From the NCBI GenBank assembly GCA_965223855.1, contig CBDCXM010000004.1, positions 1 to 10,036 on the forward strand: a stretch of 10,036 nucleotides of DNA, in the 5' to 3' direction. The notes beneath the pieces were generated by a model that worked only from the letters and a program-made list of their open reading frames with translations, did no database searches and was not told the DNA's origin. The DNA is from Candidatus Multivoradales bacterium. GTDB taxonomy: Bacteria; Acidobacteriota; Thermoanaerobaculia; Multivoradales; JAHEKO01. The translations under genes were made by a program, and so were the position numbers. The stretch's first letter is position 1. The number at the start of each line of letters is the position of its first letter. Of this stretch, positions 1 to 7,980 are shown piece by piece.

Positions 1-283
1 CCACGGCGCTGGGACTGAGCTCCTTCCTGGTCAGGTGAGTCGTCCTGACAGCCTCACCCTCACGGGTGCTGAACTCGTAGGTGATCAGGTGCCAGGTGAG
101 CTCCGTGGTGTGGAAGTCACCTTCGTAGCCTTGATTCGTCGGGCCCTTCTGGGTTCGAGTCTCGATCTGCGCGGTGTTGGCGAGAGCCGGAACTGCGAAG
201 CGGTTGAACTCGCGTCGCTGAAACTCGTGGACGCTGCCGACGAGGCCGAGAGCGATGCCGGCTGCAATCAGGATCCAGCCCAC
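1..283 (-). CDS. Membrane-anchored DUF3592-like protein, 5' part (continues off the left edge; not in the supplied ORF track)
   Basis: Manual translation from GTG at 283 gives (V/M)GWILIAAGIALGLVGSVHEFQRREFNRFAVPALANTAQIETRTQKGPTNQGYEGDFHTTELTWHLITYEFSTREGEAVRTTHLTRKELSPSAV, open to the window edge. A TM helix, a basic stretch and a 'ITYEFSTREGE' strand resemble DUF3592 proteins (family call by recognition only). An upstream in-frame ATG at 328 is cut off by TGA at 307-305. Confidence 0.55.
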   Translation of the reverse strand, partial: MGWILIAAGIALGLVGSVHEFQRREFNRFAVPALANTAQIETRTQKGPTNQGYEGDFHTTELTWHLITYEFSTREGEAVRTTHLTRKELSPSAV

Positions 284-547
284 GATAGTGGGAGTGGCGC
301 TTCGTCAAGAGTTCTCTTCCGTATCCATGGAAGCTCGCGGGCAGGATACCGGCACCCACCCCTTCTCCTACGGCGACTCGACCATCGACAGTCCCTCGTT
401 CCGGGAGACGACAGTCACTGCTACGATCCGACCCTCTCTTACAAACGTGCTTCCGTGCAGACGCCTCGCCCGGCCCCGGCCGGCGCGACGCGGGGAGAGT
501 GCGAAGGTCCGAAGACACAGCCGGCGGTCGTGGAGGCCGTCTCGAAC

Positions 548-555
548 GGGAGGAG
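548..555 (+). promoter_or_regulatory. Shine-Dalgarno site for the large secreted protein
   Basis: GGGAGGAG lies 7 nt upstream of ATG 563 (tandem ATG ATG at 560/563). Confidence 0.75.
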
Positions 556-562
556 AAGGATG

Positions 563-3500
563 ATGTCGCGAGTGCAGTCCTATCGCCGGGCAGCGGCACT
601 TTCACTGCTGGTCCTCGCGCCGACTTTCGGCGCGGTTGCCGATAATGACGCCCCCGACTTCTCGGAGGTCGACGACATCCTCCTGGGCCAGCGCCATCTG
701 CTGCGCAACGACGATCTGGTGGTCTCTTTCGACCGGCGGGTCAAGTTCAACGACCACCACAACTTCACCAACTTCGTGCTCGAGACGGAAGGACTGCGGA
801 GTCTCCAGGCAGAGCGACAGCCTGATCGCCAGGCCCGACTGTCTGCTGCGACGAACCCGCGACACCAGCGAGACGCCGTTTCTCACCAACGCGTACCACA
901 CCCGGATCGGGCGGGTGTTCAACCTCGATCGCGACGTGTCCGTGACGCTCGCGCCGCTCGCCGACAGCCGCGGCGACGGCTGCCCCGGGGAGGTCGGCCT
1001 CTACGTCAGGGATCACGTCGATGGCGGCAACGACTCGCTCACGGTGGTCCCCAACTCCGGCCCCTTCTGGACCGACCTGCTGCTCGCCGATTTCGATCGC
1101 GACGGCTTCGACGACGTGTTCCAGTTCCACGGCTCCTCGCTCACCGGCGGAGGCTTCGCCTTCCTCACGGCCGTGGACGTCGACGATCCGGGAAAGGGAC
1201 TCGAGCGAGCCACCTACCGCGGCATGCCGAGCGAACTCGTCCCCGTCGCCGGTCCGGCGGTCGCCGGAGACTTCAACGGCGACGGCGCGATCGACCTCGC
1301 GTGGCTGGCGGCCAAGCCCGGGGATGGCAGCCCGGTGTCGATCGCCCTGCTCTCGGTCTGTCCCCGAGCCGGAGCAACCGTGCTCGGAACGACCTGCAAG
1401 GACGCGTTCGCCCTGGTGCCGAGCAACACGAGCCAGATCGGGCCTCGAGCGATCGCGACCGACCTCCGGCTCGAATGGCCCGACCTCGACTGCAGCGGCT
1501 GCCCGACCTCGACCTACGGTTTCGGTCTCGCCGCCGGCAACTTCGACGGCCGTCTGGCCGCCGACTCCGGATTCGAGAAGGACGAGCTGGCGCTGGTTCG
1601 CTCCGACATTCACGCGGGAACGTCGACGCTGTGGGCCTATCGCTTCGACGCGAGCCTGAAACCCGACGGAGGCCCGAAGAAGACCGACGTCACGAGTCAC
1701 GTGGTGCCGAACCAGAAGCTGTTCCTCGCCGGCGGCAGGGTCAACCAGTTCCGCGCCGCCGATCAGATCGCGGTGGTGTCGGGTTCGTTCTCCAACGCTC
1801 GCCTCGCCGTCCTCCAGTTCGACTCCGATCTCACGGTCCACGCCCGCAGCATCGACGTCCTCCGCGACGCCTTCAACTCGAAGCTCAGCAAGGGTGGGTT
1901 CCCCTTCCCGCAAGGAGTGACGATCGGCCGTTTCGACCCGCCGACCTCCGGCGGCACGACGGAGGACTTCAACTCGCAGATCGCCGCGCTCTACGAGGTC
2001 AACGACACGGTCAACGGTCGACTGAGCACCGTCGTCCAGATCTACTCGCTGGCAGAGGGCTCGACGGCGAAGCCGAAGCTCCGCTCCGAGCACAAGCTGC
2101 TCGACGGCCGCTATCTGGAGGGGGTGCTGGCGCACTACGCACCGCTCGAGGCCGGCGACCTGCGCGGGCGCTCGCTGCTGCTGGGCGAGCCGAGCACCTT
2201 CCAGGTCGAGTCCCACCTGCAGCCGAGCGTCCTGCTCGGGAGCCCGCCGCAGCACGTCGACTACATCACTCCGGTGCGCGGCGAGCGCCCGGTGATCTTC
2301 AACTTCAGCGCGCTCAAGAAGGACTTCAACTCGACCTACAAGGTCGACGTCAGCTCCGAGAACCAGTCCTCGAGCAAGTCGACCACCAGCACCGGCTGGA
2401 GCCTGTCGGAGAAGACCAAGGTCGAGGGCAAGGCGGTGGTCGGACCGGTCGAGGTGTCGGGCGATCTCCATCAGTCGCTCGACGTCGCCGAGGAGCGCAC
2501 GGTGGGCGAGACCTTCGACACCTTTTCGAAGAAGTCGTTCAACGCCTCGACGGCCACCGGCTTCGGCGACCAGGTCTGGTACTCGTCGCGGCGAATGAAC
2601 GTCTACCTCTACCCCGTGATCGGGCAGTACCGCTGCCCGATGGACCTGCCCGACTGCAGCGACGACGAGAAGGTGCAGCTCGTGGCGACCTTCTCCGGCC
2701 CCGACAACGTCACCTCGAACATCAGCGCTTCAGGCCGGACGCTCGAGTGGTACCAGCCGGTCCACGTCCCCGGCCAGCTGCTGACCTATCCGTGGAACCG
2801 GGAGCAACTCACCCTTCAGGCGCCCGAACTCGAGGCGCTCAGCCAGACCGACACCGGCTCGTTCTACACCGACGACTCGTCGCGGACCACCAACGTCTCC
2901 TGGAGCAGCGGCAGCACGAAGAGCCAGAGCGTCGGTTTCTCGAGCTCGTGGAAGCTCGGCGGCGGCTTCTCGACGACCATCGGCACCCCGGAGGCGACCT
3001 ACAAGGAGGCGGGCGGCATCAAGGGGAGCGTCGGGTTCGACATGGCCTACAGCAGCGGCCTCAAGACGCTCAACACCGACAGCCACAAGGTGGGCGCTTC
3101 GAGCGGCATCAGCGTCCGCAAGCCGGCCACCTTCCCGTCGGCCGCCAGCTATCAGTTTCTCGTCACTCCCTACATCTTCGGCTCCGCGCCGCCGCCAGGC
3201 CAGACCCAGCAGCTCGAGCCCGACGCCGACATCGAGACCCACGGGCCGCTACGGACGGCGTTCGCGGCCGATCCGACCACCAACGCCAGCGGCAGCTGGT
3301 GGTCGACCGGCGACTACCGGCGCCACCTCGATCTCGGCTTCGGCTTCGCCGCCCGCTGGGAGATCGTCGCCAAGGGAACTCCCGGCGTGAAGGATGCCGA
3401 CACCGCCTGCCGGGGCGGCGAGTGCGCGGTGATGGACGACCCCGACACCGGCGAGCTGTGGAACAGCTCGTTCTACTGGCTCCGCGGCTTCTACATCCGC

Positions 3501-4466
3501 GCCAACGGCGGGGGTGCGCAGCGCTCGGCCGTCCGGTCGGGGGACCAGGTCGAACTGAGCGCGCGGGTCTACAACCTGAGTTTCGTACCGATGGCCTCCA
3601 CCCAGCGGACCCGGGTTCGCTTCTACGCCCAGCGCTGGGATCCGCGCACCAACGACCCCTACGCCGGAACGACCAGCTTCCTCGTCGGCGAGGACCTGCT
3701 CGGCCCGATCCCCGCCTTCGCCGGCGGTTCGGAGCCCAACTGGAGGCTCGCCCGCACGACCTTCGACACCGGGAACTGCCCCGGCGGCTGCGCCGGGAAG
3801 TACTTCGTCTTCTGGGCCGTCGTCTGGGGCGAGGAAGCGAACGGCACCGTGATCCGCGACGAGCTGCCGGGGCACGGCCTCAACCGCGAACTCACCGCGA
3901 CGCAGCTCGACGACCTGCTGTCGGAGGACACACCGACGATCGAGGCCGCCCTCGCCGTCGGCACTGCGGACGGAGGGCTGCTCGAACGAACGGCGCTCAC
4001 CGGGGGCGACGAGACCTCCTTCAGCAACAACGTCGGCTACTTCCATCAGGTGTTCTACGTTCACGATCGGGAGGACAGCAGCGCCCTGCGCGCGAGCCCG
4101 GAGGCCCAGAACGCGGAGGCCCAGGGCACGGGCCAGGGCACGGTCACCCTCGACGCCGTGCAGGTCGAGCCCGAGCGCATCGCGGCCGGCGAAGAGGTCG
4201 TCCTGACCGCCACGCTGACCGCCACCCGCACAGGCAACAGCGGCGTCCAGGTGCTCGTCTGGAGCCACGAACCCGGCGGCGGCGAGCCGACACTCCTCGA
4301 CCACGAAGCAATCGGTCACGTGCGCTCGGACCAGAGTTACGAGATCAGCGTTCCTTTGCGGCCCGGGGGTTGTGGCCGGCGGTCGATCGAGGTGCGGGTG
4401 GACAGCGGCGAGCCCGTCGGAGCGGGACCGGCAAGGGCGCAGTTGGAGATCGAAGTCGACTGCTGA
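563..4466 (+). CDS. Large secreted FG-GAP/VCBS-repeat beta-propeller protein with Ser/Thr-rich central beta region and C-terminal Ig/CARDB-like domains (~1300 aa reconstructed; +1 frameshift near 788, either pseudogene or sequence error)
   Basis: The N-terminus comes from the 35..4621 frame: RBS, then signal peptide MSRVQSYRRAAALSLLVLAPTFGAVA|DND, reading sensibly to ...NFVLET at 787. The body comes from the 636..4466 frame starting at KDCGVS (789). FG-GAP-like Ca-binding motifs: LADFDRDGFDDV, AGDFNGDGAIDLA, AGNFDG..KDELALV, IGRFD, AGDLRG. Ig-like starts: GDQVELSARVYN and VTLDAVQVEPERIAAGEEVVLTATL. Strong GC3 codon bias; TGA at 4464-4466. Confidence 0.85.
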
Positions 4467-4476
4467 TCGGGGCTGA

Positions 4477-4932
4477 TCAGAGCGGAGAGCCGCCGTCGTT
4501 CTCCTCCGCTTCGGCATCCGAATCCCCGGAAGAGCGCCGCGAGAGGAGCAGCCCCGCCAGCAGAATGCCGTACAACGCTCCCATGACGACCTCCGCGTTA
4601 CCGACCACGAGCCCGTCATAGTCCACGACCGAGCCCGCCCTCGTGGAGTTGACCCAGAGTCCGAGAGCCCACCAGGCGAGACCCATGGCCAGGGCATGAA
4701 CGAGGAGGGGCGTGCCCCAGCGCCTCGTCCCCAGAGATCCGACGGCAGCGGTGAGCGGAAAAACGCCGAGAACGAGAACCCGGAGGCCGATCATGGCTAG
4801 CGCCGGCGCTCCGGGAAGGTCGAAGGAGCCCTGCACGACGACCCAGATCCACCCGAGCGTCCTGACCGTGTGAAAGGCACCCAGGGCGAACAGCGAGCGG
4901 GCGACGAAGACCTCGACTCGTCGCTCCCTCAT
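4477..4932 (-). CDS. Hypothetical integral membrane protein (~151 aa, about 4 TM helices)
   Basis: ATG 4932 (MRERRVEVFVARSLFALG...) is preferred over the track's 5016 start. Four hydrophobic segments and an acidic tail (DSDAEAEENDGG). It converges on the large secreted gene with a 10-bp gap. Confidence 0.65.
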   Translation of the reverse strand: MRERRVEVFVARSLFALGAFHTVRTLGWIWVVVQGSFDLPGAPALAMIGLRVLVLGVFPLTAAVGSLGTRRWGTPLLVHALAMGLAWWALGLWVNSTRAGSVVDYDGLVVGNAEVVMGALYGILLAGLLLSRRSSGDSDAEAEENDGGSPL

Positions 4933-5161
4933 CCGCCCGCCCCTGAACGCGAGGGACCTGACATGCCAGAGCTCGATTCCTCCAACCCTCCTCGATCGAG
5001 CCGGACGTACAGACACGCCGGATCACGGTCGCACCGTTCGGGAATTCTGCGGTTGGCGCAGTCGAGTTTCATCGTCGCGAGGCTGCCTGGGCAGGTACGC
5101 GCATCCTACGCGTCGCCGCCTCGAGCTATTCGCCTTTCCCAACCCGTCGGGCTTCCGAGAG

Positions 5162-7012
5162 CTACGGATCGCGGATGTGCCTCAGTCCGCTGTTCGCCAG
5201 CAGGGTCCGGGCCCTCGCGTCGTCGAGGAGACGCAGCAGCAACGGACTCGTCGCAAGTTGAAGAATGTGATCACCTCGCTCCACGGTCGCCTCGTCGAGG
5301 AACGCCAACGCCGCCTCCCGGTCTCCGCTCCCCTCGCTCGCCTCGGCCAGGAGGATCGCCGGCACGAAGCGGCTCGACGATTCTCGCCTCAGTCTTCCGA
5401 GCTCCCAGTGCCAGAAGCCGCGCAAGCCCTCGCTTTCGACCTGGAGACGCAGCTCGGCCAGCAACCCTTCTGCCACCCCTCGTGCCTCCATCTCGAGAAG
5501 CCGCTCGGCCACGGCTCTCTCTTCCCGGCCGAGCTGCGTCTCCGCGTAGGCCATCTCCCTGCGCAACCAGGCGAAGCGGGAATCCAGATCCAGAGCGTGC
5601 CTGAAGTGCTCGAGCGCCTCCTCGAACCGCCCGGCGGCGTTCAGCCGCTGGCCGTGCGCCGCGTTGATGAGCGGCGAGAGCGGATCGAGAGCCAGCGCTC
5701 GCTCGCTCGACATCAGCGCTTCGTCGTGTCTCCCGAGGACGCTGAGGAGCTCTCCGTACCATTGATGCGCCGTTGCGTAGCCCGGACCGAGCTCGATCGC
5801 CCGCCGGTACGACGCTTCGGCTCCGACGAAGTCCCACTCGATCCACCGCACGTAGCCGAGGGAGGCGTGGGCTTCGGCGAGATCCGGATCGAGTTCGACG
5901 GCGCGCTGGGCGGCTCGCCTGGCGGGCGGAAACGCGTCCTCCGGAGCGAGGGCGTAATAGGTGGACAGCAGCGCGTAGGCATCGGCCAGGCCGGAATGGG
6001 CCACAGCAAGCTCTGGAGCGAGCTCGATCGCCCGTTCGAACGCTCGACGGCTCTCCTCCAGATCCTCGACGGTGCGACGGTTCCAGTGGAACCGGCCCCG
6101 CAGATAGAGCCAGTAGGCCTCCGAGTTCACCGGCGGAGAACGCGAGATGGCCGATTCCTCGCGAACGGTGACCTCGAGTTCCACGGCGGCGACCACCGCT
6201 CCGGCGATCGAAGCCTGGAGGTGCAGAATGTCGCTCATCGACTGGTCGAACTCGTCCGACCACAGGTAGGTCCCGGTCGCACCGTCGACGAGATGTGCGG
6301 TAACTCGGACCCGGTCTCCGGCTTGAACGACTGAACCCTCGAGAACGGCCGCCACACCGAGCTCACTCGCGATGTCGGTCGCTGCCAGGGGACTGTCCCG
6401 GAAGGTCTCCACCGAGGTCGGAGAGATCACTCGAAGCTCCTCGAGTCGGGTGAGGCGAGTGATGAGGGCTTCCGTCAGGCCGGCCGCGAAGTAGGGCTCT
6501 ACGCTGCCTTCCGAGAGCTCCTCGAACGGCAGCACGGCGAGGGAGCGGATCGGGGCTCCCGTACCGGTATCGGCCGGCGGGCGCAGGAGGTAGGCGAGAC
6601 CGACGGCGAGCACAGTCGCCAACGCCATGACCATGCCGATCGCGGAGCGGCGCGATCGACGCGCCTGCGTGCCGGCTCCGCCCTGCCCCGCGGACTCGAC
6701 TCGCGCGATCAGCCGGTAGCCGCGGCTCGCGATCGTCTCGATGTAGCTCGGCGACGACGCGTCGTCTTCGAGCGCTCGCCGCAACAGAGAGACCGCGCGG
6801 CTCAGCGTGGCGTCCACCACGGCCCGCCCTTCCCACACCAGATCGAAGATCTCCGCTCTCGAGACCACGTCGGGCGCGCGCTCGATGAGGAGCACGAGCA
6901 GGTCCATAACCATCGGCTCGACCCGCTTCTCCACTCCCTCGCGCTCGAGGCGAAGGAGAGCGGGTTCGACGACCCACTCGCCCACCCGCAACTTCTGTTC
7001 GGTGTCGGTCAT
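5162..7012 (-). CDS. CadC/ToxR-like membrane-anchored transcriptional regulator: OmpR/PhoB-type winged helix + TM + TolB_N-like domain + TPR repeats
   Basis: wHTH: LRVGEWVVEP..VEPMVMDLLVLL..VVSRAEIFDLVWEG..LSRAVSLLRRALEDDASSPSYIETIASRGYRLIA. TM: AIGMVMALATVLAVGLAYLL. TolB_N-like: IRSLAVLPFEELS..YFAAGLTEALITRL..LRVISPTS. TPRs: AYWLYLRGRFHW, FERAIELAPELAVAHSGLA, AVELDPDLAEAH, AIELGPGYATAHQWYG, ALALDPLSP. ATG 7012 taken as start. Confidence 0.92.
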   Translation of the reverse strand: MTDTEQKLRVGEWVVEPALLRLEREGVEKRVEPMVMDLLVLLIERAPDVVSRAEIFDLVWEGRAVVDATLSRAVSLLRRALEDDASSPSYIETIASRGYRLIARVESAGQGGAGTQARRSRRSAIGMVMALATVLAVGLAYLLRPPADTGTGAPIRSLAVLPFEELSEGSVEPYFAAGLTEALITRLTRLEELRVISPTSVETFRDSPLAATDIASELGVAAVLEGSVVQAGDRVRVTAHLVDGATGTYLWSDEFDQSMSDILHLQASIAGAVVAAVELEVTVREESAISRSPPVNSEAYWLYLRGRFHWNRRTVEDLEESRRAFERAIELAPELAVAHSGLADAYALLSTYYALAPEDAFPPARRAAQRAVELDPDLAEAHASLGYVRWIEWDFVGAEASYRRAIELGPGYATAHQWYGELLSVLGRHDEALMSSERALALDPLSPLINAAHGQRLNAAGRFEEALEHFRHALDLDSRFAWLRREMAYAETQLGREERAVAERLLEMEARGVAEGLLAELRLQVESEGLRGFWHWELGRLRRESSSRFVPAILLAEASEGSGDREAALAFLDEATVERGDHILQLATSPLLLRLLDDARARTLLANSGLRHIRDP

Positions 7013-7064
7013 CCGTGGTTCCAACGCTTCGAAGCCTCAGCCCCCCCGAGCCCCGCGCGACCGC

Positions 7065-7097
7065 CCTAACCGGATCCTAAGGCAGATCTCAGACCTC
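7065..7097. promoter_or_regulatory. Putative wHTH operator: 11-bp-phased direct repeats in the divergent intergenic region
   Basis: CCTAACCGGAT|CCTAAGGCAGA|TCTCAGACCTC, with half-sites at 7065, 7076 and 7087. OmpR/PhoB-type domains bind tandem direct repeats with a 10-11 bp period. Confidence 0.5.
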
Positions 7098-7176
7098 CAT
7101 CGTGACAGGAGGCGCAGGAGGCGGCGAGGGTGTTGCCTCGAGACCGGGGCCGACACCACTTCCGGAAGGAGACGAG

Positions 7177-7587
7177 ATGAAACGCGGACGAATGCTGATG
7201 CTTCTGATGGGCCTGGGTGCCTGGACACTCACCCCCGCGCCCTCGACCGCCCACGACCCACCTGACTTCGACCACGTGATCGTGGAAGTCTGGGCCGGCA
7301 GCGTGCGACACGACATTCCGCTCGGAGCCCTGCCGCTCAGCGACCAGTGGCACATCGGCCTGGCGCTCGGACTCCTCGAACGAGGAGACGAGAGCTGGTT
7401 GCGGGCGTCCCCCGAGATCAGGAACCACCCCATCTCTCGAGCGCTCGAACTGCGCCAGAGACGCAACGACACCGCCGAGATCGAGTGCGTCTTCGAAGGG
7501 GCCGAAGGGGTGGGTTGCTACTTCGACGAACCGCTGATGTTCTGCGGCGTGATGTGGGGCGACAAGTTCGCTGTCGGCTGCTGGTAG
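7177..7587 (+). CDS. Small secreted protein (136 aa) with a Cys-rich C-terminal 40-mer after RQRR
   Basis: RBS AAGGAG at 7166-7171 and ATG 7177. Signal peptide MKRGRMLMLLMGLGAWTLTPAPSTA|HD. C-terminus ...ELRQRR-NDTAEIECVFEGAEGVGCYFDEPLMFCGVMWGDKFAVGCW*. Codon bias is typical of the window. Confidence 0.8.
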   Translation: MKRGRMLMLLMGLGAWTLTPAPSTAHDPPDFDHVIVEVWAGSVRHDIPLGALPLSDQWHIGLALGLLERGDESWLRASPEIRNHPISRALELRQRRNDTAEIECVFEGAEGVGCYFDEPLMFCGVMWGDKFAVGCW

Positions 7588-7630
7588 TCGCGGGAGGCCG
7601 GAACTGAGGAACCCGTGCTGGACATCCGGC

Positions 7631-7657
7631 GTTGAGCTCGACGCTTCGAGCAGCAAC
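7631..7657 (+). terminator. Stem-loop downstream of the small secreted gene (possible terminator or stabiliser, no U-tract)
   Basis: GTTG-A-GCTCGA-CGCT-TCGAGC-AG-CAAC, starting 43 nt after the stop codon. Confidence 0.3.
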
Positions 7658-7675
7658 TCCGACCCCTTCCCAACT

Positions 7676-7759
7676 CCGGGGGGAGAGGTTCCCGGGGGGA
7701 GAGGTTCCGGGTGAATAGTCCGGGCAGAGGTCCCCGGGCAGAGGTCCCGGGTGAATAGT
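7676..7759 (+). repeat. Hierarchical tandem array (AAB)(A'A'B) containing two copies of the element end motif
   Basis: CCGGGGGGAGAGGTT-C-CCGGGGGGAGAGGTT-CCGGGTGAATAGT (7676-7719), then CCGGGCAGAGGTC-C-CCGGGCAGAGGTC-CCGGGTGAATAGT (7720-7759). All six units start with CCGGG. Confidence 0.9.
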
Positions 7760-7980
7760 CTAGAGCCAGCTTTCGTCGAACCGAAACCCGATTTGGATCG
7801 CCTCAAAGCCGCCACACCAGGTCGAAACTCGGGCGGTTCACTCGCTTCTCGACCCCCTGAAGCGCTGACGTCAAGGACTCTCAAGGCCGGCTTAGTCCTT
7901 CTCAGGACTCCGGACGCATGGAGGTGTCTACAACCCGCGGCGGGGTCGTAGGGATCCCCTTCAGCAGAGAGCGCTTTCGC

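Noticed and set aside
563-640. Tat signal (SYRRAAA)
   Set aside because: Lacks the S/T-R-R-x-F-L consensus; a Sec signal with AVA cleavage fits better.
636-788. N-terminus of the 1276-aa ORF (MPIMTPPTSRRSTTSS...)
   Set aside because: This is an off-frame reading of the true N-terminal segment; it has no RBS or signal peptide.
35-4621. 1528-aa ORF as a real giant or overlapping protein
   Set aside because: Only 563-787 reads as real protein. The remainder is Arg/Pro/Gly-rich shadow translation of the GC3-biased gene in the neighbouring frame.
765-4697. Long antisense ORFs (765..2471, 2730..3242, 3249..4697)
   Set aside because: Typical antisense shadows of a high-GC gene, with no recognisable motifs.
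4870-6977. ORFs overlapping the regulator (4870..5604, 5177..6334, 5271..6263, 6363..6977 and others)
   Set aside because: Shadow frames of a clearly recognisable wHTH-TPR gene.
7678-7724. G-quadruplex from G6/G6/G3/G3 runs
   Set aside because: Loops are long (9-10 nt) and the G-runs are explained by the repeat units; no independent support.
7676-7759. CRISPR array or coding repeat
   Set aside because: Units are 13-16 bp, abut each other without unique spacers, and no cas genes are present. ORF 7066..7884, which crosses the array, looks spurious.
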